A DNA stretch of 62,928 nt, the filler included, from Perkinsus chesapeaki ATCC PRA-425 (lineage: Eukaryota > Protista > Perkinsozoa), in assembly GCA_013115145.1 (NCBI GenBank). It is 14 parts of 14 records of this genome, joined end to end, with 100 filler letters (N's around TTAATTAATTAA, not from the genome) between each part and the next. Parts side by side here need not be neighbours in the genome. Positions count along the whole stretch, not along the records: positions 1 to 16,310 come from JAAPAO010000708.1; 13 more parts are not named here. One strand, 5' to 3'. Positions 1 to 11,797 of the stretch are shown in pieces. The translations under genes and the position numbers were made by a program. Under the pieces are notes generated by a model that was given only the letters and a program-made list of their open reading frames with translations, was not told the DNA's origin and ran no database searches. Within the stretch, counting starts at the first letter, position 1; each line of letters begins with the position of its first letter.

Positions 1-271
1 TAATAGGGAAAGTAAGCTTCCAGACTCGTGTGGATCTGTGCTGCTGTTAAATGAGAAACTGTACCCTCCCGCATCACAAATTCAACTATGTGTGCAGGAT
101 GCCTGTCTCTCATTCGGATCGGCACTTCTCCTTGATGTTCACCTGCAAGGTATATCTCCGAAATATCATCTCGGGGGAACTACAATGAACGCGTGCTCAG
201 TGTAATTACCGGTCTTTTGGATTGTTATGCTGTCTCCCGACATGGTGACTTTATATTTACGGGGGCATCCG

Positions 272-586
272 CTATGGCTGACACATCGATACTGAGAGAC
301 CCCCCCTGTCCTCATTTTTAAACTCATTGATGTATAGGTGGTCGAGGGACAGTCTGCTCATGGCGTCCGCAAAAGGGTTCACTCTGGGACGAGACTGGAA
401 TCTCTCGAAGTGTCTTAAAGGAGTCCACTGAAGTCTGGAAGGCATGGTAGAAATCTTCAAGTGACGGATGAAGAAGGGAACTGTCGAATGATCATAGTTT
501 CGTCCAAGTGAAATGCCCGATTGGATTTCTATTGAAGCCTTAGAAGCAAACCTCGTGCTGGTGTGCTGAGCGCCAATAAGGGCCAC
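272..586 (-). pseudogene. Degenerate Ty3/Gypsy-like RNase H C-terminal fragment
   Basis: Translation contains LGRNYDH...PSRLQWTPLRHF...RPRVNPFADAMSRL, resembling the gypsy RNase H tail (LG..TDH..RL.RW...F..RPG..N..ADALSRL). Flanks are broken by stops and frameshifts. Confidence 0.35.
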
Positions 587-2055
587 TTGCTGCTAACGGA
601 ACGACGGTACTCACAGCATGTTCAGCATGCCATGTTGCCTCAGGGCCTGAGGCTCAGGCAACTTGCCTGGGTCAAAGTGTTCTACTGTATAACTTCTACA
701 TCATTCTTCATTTCGAAGTGAAGGGTTGTTTGAAACAACTTGTTTCTCTTCCGACATTAATCAGCGTCCTCGCAGCCGAGATAACACGATGTCGTCTCGA
801 AAATGGTGCTGTGTGGAAATTGTTGGGTCATTTCGGACGTTGTAATTTCATCTGGAAATTTTCATGAAAACTGTTTAACAGAAGGAGAACTGTTTTCCCG
901 TTCCGCCGGCAAGCGGCGGAATTCCCGCTTGATAGAGCTGAGCATTTGGTTATCTCAGGATACGAAAACCAGATAGCCTATATATAGGTCGAAAAAGTCG
1001 CTAAAAGACACACTTTGTTTTAAGCATAAAAACAAAAATACAACTTCTCCCGAGAATAAGTCTGGCAAGGAGTAACATAGTATTCTGTAAAAGTTTCCGG
1101 AAATCGATTTTGAAAAACGATCCTAAGTTGGTGTTCAACTAACACAATTTTCAAAGCCGCAAACGATTCCGGAAAGAATTGCAGCAACAATTCTGAGTGC
1201 CGGAATTGAAAATCTCTGAGAGATTTTCTCTCAGAGACGTTAAGGTGGTAGTTTAGCCACTTCTTGCTCACTACAGAAGGGAGTCCCCTCAGCGGACTAG
1301 ACTCTACAGTCACTAGAGTGCTAAAGCGGTAGGTTCAGTCTCTTATTGGTACCGCCATCCCCAAGAGAGTCGCATTTCCTTAATCATTGTTAAATTCCCA
1401 TGGGTTGCTTTCATGTTGAATTTCCATTTTCGACAACCCCAAATCTCGGAGATGATACAACTCTGGTTATATAACTGACCAACTCAAGTTTTGTTCTTTC
1501 AGCCAGAAACGATATGTATTATGCGGGCTCCGTATACTCCCCTTCCAACTCTTTTCTTCCTTCTCCTTCACCATCTACATGTCTTTTCGACTCAAGTCGC
1601 CACTTGTCAACAAATTCCATATCACACTGGACGTTAACAAACTCAATCACGGTGTCGGTCTCAATCTCCAGACGAGCTGCATGATTAGTGGAAAGAATCC
1701 AACAATCGACTTGGGAAGGAGTATAGCTGTCATTACCGAGCTACCGACATACTATAGTATGTCGGTAGCTTGGATTATGGTTTTAGAGCTTGGATTTCCC
1801 CATCTTGCTTGGATTACCACACATAGCTTGGCTTACAGTGGTCAGCCCTCAACACGGAAGAAGCAGTATTGATGAAAAATTGCCAGCCAGACTCGAGTCG
1901 AGTCACCCGACCGAAGTGAGGGACTCTCATTAAGGGCACGGTCAGATCATCTGACTTGCATGGCTGTTGACTCGACAGTACCGATAAAAACGCTCAAAGT
2001 TGCGAAGGAAATAAATAAAACAGCAGACCGTCAAAGGAAAGAATCATCGACGCAC

Positions 2056-4838
2056 TCAGTTCTTCTTGGACATAATGTCCCGATAGTATTTTTTAGGACG
2101 GATACGCTTGGCAGCGAGTCTGCGTTGAACATCTAGACCGACTTTGATAAGCTTGTCATCCTGCCAGTGTGGAGCCATTATCTGATAAGATATTAATGAA
2201 GATGCATCCTAGTTGTTATATAAGTGACTGACCTGAATGCCGAGGGGCATTCCTTCCTTGTTCTGGCCAACTGGAATGGTTATGGATGGAAAGCCAACCA
2301 GATTGGTCGGCCATATAAAGCGTAACATTTCCGAAACTCTTGTCGGATTGAATTCACCTGATGAACAAAAATAACAAACTCATAGTTGATAATAATCTAT
2401 GAGCGTGAGGCCCCAGAGTGGTGTTAAGTACACGGAACGTTAGCTTACCATATTGAAAGACACCCGAGGGGATCTCCGGGGCACCGTAGGCGATAGTCGG
2501 CGTGATAATGAAATCAACACCTTTGAAAACTTCATTCCTAAGCGAATCCGGCTGTACCCCAGCAGACGGCTTATGGGCTCACCATTGTTGGATAGCCCAA
2601 CCACGCAGCTTAGGTATAGCATCGACTACATCCTTTTTCTTAACAATATCTCGACCAAGAGCGAGAGATATCTAACAACACGGGGTGTTCCAAGTTACCG
2701 CAATTGATCGAGTCTAACCTGTGTATTGTACTCGTAGCCATCCAGTGGCTGGTCAGGATGAGTATCGGCGAACTCCGTGGCGATAGCGAAAGCTGAAAGA
2801 GCGCAGCAATCACGGATTGAACCGATACGGATGTCACTTACTATGAGAGAGAGCCTGATCCTGCATATCTTTCATACGAAACTCATGACGATCCCATTGA
2901 TCCTTCATAGCTTCTAGTGCAGTATTGAAGGCCTGAGACGATAAGAATAGACAAACTCGATAGCCGAAGGGACCGTTCATACGGATTGCGCTTCTTCACT
3001 GCTGAACTTCACCCAGTCATCAAAGACGCCAACTTTATATTTGCCTTTAGGAGAGGGAGTTAGGAGAGCATTAAGATGCATCGGTGGCATTGTTTTCTTG
3101 CCAGCGGCTTTTTGGTAGAGACCATCGTAGAACTTCTACGGTAGAAGTGCTGACCTCCTAACAGGTGATGTCTCGCAGCAATCTGAGCTGCTAGTAGACG
3201 TACTTTTGTATTGAACATTCCCAATAACACTCATAACGTGCGCGACATCGGCTACATTAGCAGCGATTGGTCCACAGTGCAGGGTGGTGAAAACTTTTAG
3301 TTCTTCATTGTCATAACGAACCTAGCGGAATCTTTATTGTGAGATCGGGAACGAGATGGTGAACTCACTCTGCCGAAGGTAGGAGCAAGCCCAACAACTC
3401 CAGACCAAACAGAAGGGATACGAATAGAACCACCACCATCAAAGCCAATGAAGAATAGAGCCTGATCAATAATACATTAAAACACTGCTGGGGCTGTCTA
3501 TACCATTCCAGCTGCTGCAGCAGTAGCAGCACCCGAGGAGCTTCCACCAGTGAAGCGGCGGGTGTCAAAGGCATTGAGGGGTCCTTGGTACCAACCTAAA
3601 AATGCGTCAATATAGAGCTTCTGTTAACCGTAAACCACCTACTGTTGTATCCCAGCGGGCTGATGCCTAACTCATGCATCGTTGTAGTTCCGATGAGAAT
3701 AGCGCCAGCATCGAGAAGGGCATCAATAACGGGATCGTTTGTCGTCTAATCACAGAACAAAGTTGCCCAAGCATCCAAGCTGGATGTTGTGAACGATCCA
3801 GCTCACCTTTATCGGCAGAGACTTCGCCATTCTCCCCTTTGGATTAATGTCATCAAGCAGCTTTTGGCCGATAACCTACAGAGAAAATTCTCGGATGTGC
3901 GAGTAACAATGGTCTCACATTCATTTCATCTTTAACACCAAATGGTATGCCATCAAGCATGGATTTTGGTTTGCCTTGTCTAAACCTCTCGGCGCTAGCT
4001 TTGGCCAAGCGATTGATCTCTTTAACACTATAAAGCTCTTTGAAAGCTTTTAGAGTTGGATTAAAGTCTCTTACGGCTTGAAGAACATTCTAATCAGAAC
4101 ACCATAGCTATTTGAGAAGGCTTATCTGTGTACATCAATGATGTCCACTGGATTGGCTTCGCCCTTCATATAGGCCGTGTGCAAATCCTCAATGGACCTG
4201 TACGGACTGCCAATGCCCGAACCAAAGTACCGAGATACATTCTGAGCGAGGGGATAACGACCCAACATAATTTAATCGAATATTCCGTTTTACCTTCTTG
4301 AGTTGGGCTTCTTCTTTACTATAGTATTCCTGCGCCTTCTCATAATCTCGATTGCCTGAGCGGGCGAAGTCAGGCCAAATGATAAGTCTACCCGAACTGA
4401 CTCAGTGGTATCATGGGGAACTTGACGGGAGCGATTTTTGGGCTGACCTCCTTGGCGACCGTTGGAATACATTTTATCTGGCAAGAGACTCTCACGGTTC
4501 AGAAGCAAACCTACGCCATTCATATTGAGCATCAAGTTACGTAGTGCCGAACCTGTGGTCTTCGATGTTGCTAGTCCGGCGTAACTCTGAAAGTGAACCA
4601 CAGTCAGGAACACAAATAAAGATTGCTCTTAATTTACCTTAAGTTGCCATCCGGACATGCTAGGGGCGGATATTGGTCTCATGTTAAAAGTAGTGACGTC
4701 AAGTGGATTGCATGTGTAACCACCACCAGCTTGACCCTGAAGGTCAAACAAAAAGCGATTTCACGTGATAGCCTGTTGGCTTCGTACCTCTTGCATTAAG
4801 AACGGCGCTATGATCCAGATAAGACGAGAAGAGCACAT
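2056..4838 (-). CDS. FAAH: Amidase-signature enzyme, plant-type fatty acid amide hydrolase homolog, multi-exon
   Basis: Exons read by hand: [95 protein letters not shown], ending [10 protein letters not shown] (stop 2056-2058). Short GT-AG introns. N-terminal [17 protein letters not shown] resembles the plant FAAH N-terminus. Start at 4838 ([15 protein letters not shown]) is tentative. Confidence 0.85.
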
Positions 4839-6173
4839 TACGAAGCAACCTGAGACTAGAATCTAAGGACGTGGATCACAATTCGATCATCTTAACTGAT
4901 AAATTGTATCCAGAGACTAGGGAAAGTGTGACCTCTTCTAAGCGCCTTGGCCTCCACTGCACACACGTGCAAGTAAATCGAAGGAACTCTGGTCTTTTGG
5001 GAGGTTTTCTGAGGGTAAAAGCCTCAGTTGAGCGGATAGCGACTAGTCTGGACGAATTTAATCATTGAGTGGTGACGCTAGACCAAGACGTAACCATAGG
5101 ACTCATAAGCGGGTAATTTCGATTCAGAGTTCGAGGAGCGCGCATTGTGTTGACCGGGGATGAGCGCCCATAAACAGCAGGTGAAGCTCCGGCGACTATG
5201 CCTGACACATGCAGCATATTTGAGCGTGTATGGCTATCTTGCTCTGCCTACCTATGCACTTGGATCTCACGGCTTTCTCGAAGTTGCTTGAGTGATACCG
5301 TAGTGCCGCACTACTAGTGCGTAGTCTACTCGTCTGATGCAGGCCAAGTAGCGCGCAGATTCTGGGCCCCAGAACAGCGCCGGTGCCAGGTTGGCACTGC
5401 CACTGGCAGTTGTGCCAGCACAAGGTGCGATGCCCAATACCTTACAAGTAATTGAATATGCAATACTAGGTTTAGAAAAGTAGGAAGCTGAGAGCCGTCA
5501 GTAATGGCTACGCTTTTGGAAGGGCTTTTATTCGCTCCGACAGCAAGACGAGTTTTTCATAACTCCCGATTCACAAGCCTCACGAGTATCGTAAGCCCCG
5601 GAGCGTCATGAGCGGAGCACCGCACGGCAAGTCCGGTACCTCAAGAGAGCTTGGGCATGCCAGGACTTAACTGATAAATCAGGATACGGACCACACGGCC
5701 CAGTCATTTGATAAGTTACTTGTACTTACGGATATGATACGTCCTATCATATCCGTAATTAAAATTACTTCTTGTGCTGGTGAGCCTTGGATATGATCTT
5801 CCATGTGTCTGTGGGTCGCAGTGATCGGTTTCTAATCGTTGTGAATCTGCAGACATGGTCTAGAGGCTATCAAGTATATTTTCATGATGGCTAGGTAAAA
5901 ATGCCGTACCATTACCTCGCCAGGCCTTAGGCCATGCCCTAAACTGAAACTGACGAGTTCTGATGATTCAGAAGTTCTGAGTCAGAACTCGTACTCCCTT
6001 CTGGACTCCAAGTTGGGCAGTCCAACTACGACGTCATGTTCCCAGCAGCCATCGAGTTCCTTCAAGCTAACCATGCAACAACTAATGACCATGACAGAGT
6101 ATTCGGACACCTGTCGACTATCAACTTGATGGCAACTAGAGGGCGTTAGGTCGTGTAACATGACTCATGGACC

Positions 6174-6548
6174 ATGAGTCGTGGTTCAGTTCTTGAGTAC
6201 CTGGACGACTTGGAAACCGCCATATCTATGGGGAACTCCGTTCTTTACATTCTTCATTGTTCATGCCAGGCAAGTCCTCCACGAGGTCTCACTGATCATC
6301 TGCGTAAGGTCTCCAATCAGCAACAGTTTAGCATCCGTGATGTTTCTGAGCTTGCTATGGCTCTTCAATATTGGCAAGGTCTTCTCTGCAAGAAGCTAAC
6401 CCTCTTGCTTCTACATTTTTTCCGCCTACCACGACTCCCAACAACTGCACTGTATAGCTCACGCAATTGCTGTCTATCGCATAACTTTCGTACCGCCGTA
6501 TTACTAGCTTTCTTTACTCTCAAAAGAAAGCTATACTCGTATACGTGA
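6174..6548 (+). pseudogene. Possible retrotransposon gag remnant
   Basis: SVLEYLDDLETAI...PRGLTDHLR resembles a gag capsid segment. No pol nearby. Confidence 0.25.
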
Positions 6549-7337
6549 TATTCTGCTCGTTACTCAGTGAGTAATACTCACTCTCTCTACTGCCCTACTC
6601 GTTAACTATGAGCCCAATCTATAATTGTTGTGTTACCATTACGCTATCCCTAACGAGATAGTGCACAACCCTACTCTCAACGCAGACTAGGCGTCGCGGA
6701 GTCTCCAACTTCATATATCTTGAGGATATCTGGAAGTTCCATCAGTCCGACTAGACTTCAATTAATGATTGACGAATCTATCATTGCACTGAAGAGCGCG
6801 CCGAGCCTTCTCGGCTCCGGGCACGGCTCCTAAGGAGTCGCTCCTTATGCCTCTCTGACAAAGACATTGTTAGTTGTTCACTGTTACTTTGATACATCTT
6901 CTATTGGGTTTTTTTGTAAGAACGGTTGCGTTTTTCGGGTGTTTAACTTTCATAAACTTCATTGTCGTGTACTTGCACTTCGTACCCCAAGTGCGACCCG
7001 TTATAGTCATACACTAAATCATCATACACCGTATGATCATACACTGTAACTTCATACACTTGGTCTTAATTCTACCATAGTGCTAGAGTTGCTAGTAGCC
7101 GTTCCCTGAGTTAACGCAAGGTTTAAATATATAAAAGCTTTAATACAACTTTACAGTATTTAGCTAGAGCTAGTTAAAGTCGCGTCGCGCTAGGGAGACA
7201 TCGCTTGAAACACAAAAGTGGCAAGGCGACACAATTCACACAACACATAGTTCATACACTGCACGTTCGTACACTTCAACTTCTTTCACCGAAGTGGTAT
7301 ACACTTTCATTTCATCCACCGACTGATTTCGTACACT

Positions 7338-7426
7338 CCTCGATGGTCCAGCTCAAATCCGTCTCAAAAAACGTTGGGAGGTGAGCAACGGAGACGAGCG
7401 TCAACCAACTTGAGTGAGTGACTCCC
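7338..7426. repeat. Split direct repeat B2 (partner B1 at 7749-7837)
   Basis: cctcgatggtccagctc...gagtgagtgactccc occurs at both positions. Confidence 0.95.
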
Positions 7427-7522
7427 GGAGACGAGCGTCAACCAACTTGGGAGACGAGCGTCAACCAACTTGAGTGAGTGACAACGGAGACGAGCGTCAA
7501 CCAACTTGAGTGAGTGACTCCC
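7390..7522. repeat. Tandem amplification of a 23-nt unit GGAGACGAGCGTCAACCAACTTG (4 copies)
   Basis: Copies start at 7390, 7427, 7450 and 7486. A fifth copy lies in B1 at 7801. Confidence 0.9.
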
Positions 7523-7572
7523 CCTTTACCGAGGGAGTGGAGGGTGGGACAATTTGAAGGTATACTAAGCCC

Positions 7573-7748
7573 GTCGGCACGACCAGGCTTGATACCAAGA
7601 GATCTCAGACAGAGACTTCTAACATTCTGTCGATTCTAACAACCGTACGCATACGCACCGTGACATGGATCTGACGTGGCGCTCGGCGAGCGCTGCTTCC
7701 CCATCAGAGTGTATGATAGCACAAGCGTTGTCGTGCAGCGCATACACT
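7573..7748. repeat. Split direct repeat A2 of the YR retrotransposon
   Basis: Matches 13127-13302 except ccgtgAcatgg vs ccgtgTcatgg. Confidence 0.95.
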
Positions 7749-8244
7749 CCTCGATGGTCCAGCTCAAATCCGTCTCAAAAAACGTTGGGAGGTGAGCAAC
7801 GGAGACGAGCGTCAACCAACTTGAGTGAGTGACTCCCATCGTGTGACACTCAGAATCAAGTTGTTGGAAGAGAGCTCTCATTCCAAAAAGATTCGAGTCA
7901 CCAAAAGGAGTTGCTCACCTTGCTCCCACAAAACAATCAAGTTGTGTCAAACCATATAAATTGTTTCATCCATTTCAGTTATACCTCGGTTACTCACCGT
8001 ACTACGGCGCTACCAAGCCTAACTTTCTAGTTCGACGCACTAGTAGTGTGGCACTACCGAACCGAACTTCCCCATGTCAAGGAGAAGAGGTGAGGTAGAT
8101 GATACTCGTAGAATATGGCAAGGTGGTATAAGATGTCGAAGACATATGGTCCAGAACCTGTGACTAACGCAACCGCTTACATAGGGAAACTGTAACTGAG
8201 AGAAGTGCCCGCAGTAGATCGTGATCAACCAATAGTTGACTCAG

Positions 8245-9360
8245 CTAATGCCGCTTGCTCTGTAGACATTTACGAGCACATCGATTTAAGTAATGAAGCT
8301 TGGTAGTGGAAGATTTCCAGCCACCGAATTTGTCAATTGTAGAGCCTGGGACATTAGCGAGGACCAGATCAGTTGTGAAACCCCGGCGGAAAGCATGAGA
8401 ACTAGCATGACCCGAGATATCGGGTAGAGCTTTGGAACAATGTTTGAGAAGCCGATTGAAGGTAGACAACGAGATTGATTCGAGTTGATGGTCAACAACT
8501 ATCCGTGCAGCCTCTACAGGGCACAAGTCGCTTCCCGTAGAGGAGCATGTACATGACCGATGCAGGTGGGAAGGAACTGAACTATTCTTTCGGCGATGTA
8601 GTGTCAAGTACACAGAAGACCCCGAGAATAGAATGTCCCGATTACTAACATCCAAGAGTTCAGATGGTATCCGTAGGCCAAAGCTGTAACCAAGAACGCA
8701 CAAGGCACTGAAGAGGATTAAGTTGTTAGATCGAGCTATGTCAACGATTCCACGAAGGTGACGAAAGGATAGAAAAACCTTCGGATTACGACGTTGATTC
8801 AGCACCTTTAATGCGCCTTTGACCATCAGGTTGGTTAAAGGATCATCAAAGTTGATACGGAGAGATAATATTTCATGTATTTTCTTTATAACTGAGACAT
8901 AGCGGACATGCGCCTGCTTGGTGGTAATGAATGATCGAATAGCATTAGACGACACCGGGAAAATCGTGGTTCGCGGAAAGTGTGACCAATGCCAAAGTAG
9001 GAAGCATTTGAGTGCCGATCGATAAGACTTCCAAGTCGTAGGAGACAAGTGGGCCAGTAAGAGGGAGTGCTCTTGGAAGGGTAAAAACGGCAAATCTTCA
9101 GCTAACAAAGCCGCCTTGAAGTCGGGATGAGTGGTAAGGATCTGCCAACGTATCTCTGAAGAACGAGATAGACCACGTGGGGCCCACGCCCAAAGGTCTC
9201 GAACAGTGAAGACAGATTCCAAGCGAAGTGCATCCAAGAGCTTTGTAGGGTTCTTGATTATTCCCAGAATCAAGGGAGCCACCAGAAGTGGGGGTGAACG
9301 GTGAGACATCTGATGTAGTCTGCTTAAAGTACTGAATAACTGAAACCACCAGTAGTTCAC
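8245..9360 (-). CDS. Tyrosine recombinase of the retrotransposon (probable ATG at 9309)
   Basis: Catalytic set GLRIPSE (R), RRKNS (K), HAFRRG (HxxR), GGW (W), LHY (Y). Confidence 0.92.
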   Translation of the reverse strand: MNYWWFQLFSTLSRLHQMSHRSPPLLVAPLILGIIKNPTKLLDALRLESVFTVRDLWAWAPRGLSRSSEIRWQILTTHPDFKAALLAEDLPFLPFQEHSLLLAHLSPTTWKSYRSALKCFLLWHWSHFPRTTIFPVSSNAIRSFITTKQAHVRYVSVIKKIHEILSLRINFDDPLTNLMVKGALKVLNQRRNPKVFLSFRHLRGIVDIARSNNLILFSALCVLGYSFGLRIPSELLDVSNRDILFSGSSVYLTLHRRKNSSVPSHLHRSCTCSSTGSDLCPVEAARIVVDHQLESISLSTFNRLLKHCSKALPDISGHASSHAFRRGFTTDLVLANVPGSTIDKFGGWKSSTTKLHYLNRCARKCLQSKRH

Positions 9361-9423
9361 AAAATATGAAGAGAAAAAAAACCATTAATCTCAGTTGGAA
9401 AAGAATATTTCAGAAGTCATTAA

Positions 9424-11601
9424 CTATAGTCCCGTAACACTTTTTACCGATTGCAGTCCAAGCCCGCTATCGACAGCCCAGGCGGGTACAATACCCGGCA
9501 ACTTTACAGCACCCCGAAGCCACGGTGTGTTATAATCACCTCGAGACGGAGCGTCGGCGGGATTGGCTGAAGAAGAGACATGAGCAATGTAAAACTGAAG
9601 TTGATGCAATGAAGCTACGCGTAACCAGAGAGAATGGACAGCCAGACCAAGAGCATCAGATGTGCTCGATCCCTTAAGCAAGGCATGTTCAGCAACCCTG
9701 CTATCGGAGAATATCAAGAGTGGTCTGTTTGCAGCCATAGTGTGGAAAGTCTCGAGTGCTATACCTATCCCAATCAGTTCTAAAACGTTGATGTGACCAG
9801 AAGAGGAAGTTTGAACTACAGAGAATTGGGCTGGAAGGTTAAGTTGGGGAGGGGCATAGACTGCTATCTTGCCAGAGGAAGTAGCAGCGTCCGTGTAACA
9901 AATGTACGGACTGCGGGTATTCAACAGCCTTGCGGACAAATCGTTACAAGTTTGTGACGATGAGAAAATGTCCAATAGAAGTTTCACTGCAGAACGCACG
10001 TTCTCGTCGGAAACCTCTATACCCAAAGCTTTGCGTATTAGGACGCGAGCGGGACCCCGACCTGCTCGGCCGTAGAGAGCCTCACACGCAAAGGACACTT
10101 TGCCCGCCAGTTTGGAATCAACCTGCGACTCACGAAGAAGCACAGATGTCAATGCCGACCGCAAGCTCTTTCGTCTGTCATCCGTCAAGGCGACTCGGAC
10201 TTTTCCTTCAACCAGATCGACTAAAAGTCCCAACAAGACGACAGATGAGGATGGTGGGACGTCTTTTTCACGCTTTATCTCTGCTCCAATGAGGTGATTG
10301 ATGAATAAGAAAAAATCATGTGCACCATTACCAGAGAGAGTGTGTTCGACAGCAAAAAAATCATCCATATAGGCTAATTGATTGATCCAGCCAAGGGAGC
10401 GACTGAAATGTGTAATCATCTCTGATAATCTCAAATAGTTAGAAACCGATGCTACCGCCCCAAAGGGGCATCTTAGGGGCACCACCACCTTGGGCTCTGA
10501 TGTCGCAGTTAAGAACATCCCACAAGCGCGCCAAGCATCTTCGCATTTTATAGGTAGCTGCCTATACGCCGACTTATGGTCGGATCGAAATATAGTCTGT
10601 GGTCCCCTGTGCTGGAGTTTCCTGGAAACTTCTGCCACGTGTAACAGTCTAGGGAACTGTACCTTGTGGTATATAGTGGCAGTGTCGTTGAGTTTAACTC
10701 CTGAGGTCCTGTAAGAGTAGTTAGATATAAGACGAACTTTATCGTGCTGCTGTACCGCAAAGAGGGGAGATATGAAATTGACGGCGGCCGGGATGTCTTC
10801 CAAGGAAAAGGGGCCGATGGCTCGAAGTAGGCTAACCTCGTTGTGAACATCTTCAACGATGGCTTCGTTCATCAGTGGATTGTCGAAGTTGTTAATGAGA
10901 TACGAGTGTAAGGCCTTAAGAGCCGGAGTTGTGAGATGGAGATCTTGTGGAGAGTGACGGGCAATCTTCGGCTTAGGGGATACAGGAAATAAACCACCAT
11001 CTGGGATGACCCCCGTTAATGGGAATCCTAAAGCCAAGTCGAAGACGATGTCTTCGTCACGAAACCTAGTCACCTTTACCAATTCGATGATGCGATCGAG
11101 TTTCCAGTTTGAAAGAGTCGGCCTTATAAATCTAGATTTGTAGGCAATTTCTTGGCCACACTTTGTAGTTCCTAACCAGGAATGTAACTTGAGTTTGTTG
11201 TTTGCTCTCAACCAGTTGATATCTTCTGGAGGGAGTTCGTTTTGCACCGCTACCGTGGCCTGCAACATCGATGGCAGCTCTACTCTAGGGGGTTCGATAA
11301 ATTGTTGTTGTAGAGCCCACTCGATGTGTTCTGCGGGTGAAGAGACATCCGAGGCCCGATCTTCTGCGTGTATAATGTTGTACACACTTTGGCGGGCCGA
11401 CGGGTAGCCATATGTAATATTAGGTCCTGCTTCTAGTCGAGGGCGGATTACCAGGATGCCTTGGAAAGCCACAACTTCAACCAAATCAGCCAAACGAGCG
11501 TGGATTAAAGCTTGCTTGGCCTTGCGCAGAATCTCATTCATCTTGCTGCGCCTTCCACCCCGACGTCTTTTTGGGCTGGGAATCTGGTTGTTGGAGGCCA
11601 T
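9424..11601 (-). CDS. Reverse transcriptase-RNase H, DIRS-order type
   Basis: RT motifs DHKSAYRQL, CPFGAVAS, AYMDDFF, LLG. RNase H motifs YTDA, INVLEL, FSDS, NPADAPSR. Confidence 0.95.
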   Translation of the reverse strand: MASNNQIPSPKRRRGGRRSKMNEILRKAKQALIHARLADLVEVVAFQGILVIRPRLEAGPNITYGYPSARQSVYNIIHAEDRASDVSSPAEHIEWALQQQFIEPPRVELPSMLQATVAVQNELPPEDINWLRANNKLKLHSWLGTTKCGQEIAYKSRFIRPTLSNWKLDRIIELVKVTRFRDEDIVFDLALGFPLTGVIPDGGLFPVSPKPKIARHSPQDLHLTTPALKALHSYLINNFDNPLMNEAIVEDVHNEVSLLRAIGPFSLEDIPAAVNFISPLFAVQQHDKVRLISNYSYRTSGVKLNDTATIYHKVQFPRLLHVAEVSRKLQHRGPQTIFRSDHKSAYRQLPIKCEDAWRACGMFLTATSEPKVVVPLRCPFGAVASVSNYLRLSEMITHFSRSLGWINQLAYMDDFFAVEHTLSGNGAHDFFLFINHLIGAEIKREKDVPPSSSVVLLGLLVDLVEGKVRVALTDDRRKSLRSALTSVLLRESQVDSKLAGKVSFACEALYGRAGRGPARVLIRKALGIEVSDENVRSAVKLLLDIFSSSQTCNDLSARLLNTRSPYICYTDAATSSGKIAVYAPPQLNLPAQFSVVQTSSSGHINVLELIGIGIALETFHTMAANRPLLIFSDSRVAEHALLKGSSTSDALGLAVHSLWLRVASLHQLQFYIAHVSSSANPADAPSRGDYNTPWLRGAVKLPGIVPAWAVDSGLGLQSVKSVTGL

Positions 11602-11797
11602 TATGTCGTAGTGTTAAGAAAATTTTTTCTGACTTAAAGCCGACTGCTCGGAATCCTGTGGAACTCAAAACTGATGGTTCGATGGGTTGATAATTATCTG
11701 ATGATCTACTAAGTGATGATCTAATAAGTGATGTCATCACTTGATCATTGATCAATTTGTTGAGCTAAGTTAGGTGTCGTAGGCGGCCATGGAGAAG

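Noticed and set aside
60-300. YRCVSHSGCP...GEH peptide suggestive of a Mutator-type WRKY/GCM1 domain on the minus strand
   Set aside because: Requires joining different frames and is cut by the window edge; too weak to call.
2733-2750. Partial SL-like string CGTAGCCATC..TGGCT
   Set aside because: Short, interrupted, and antisense within the FAAH gene; likely chance.
7390-7522. CRISPR-like appearance of the 23-nt repeats and of the 15-bp arrays
   Set aside because: No unique spacers of uniform length, no cas genes, eukaryotic context; explained by retroelement and transposon termini.
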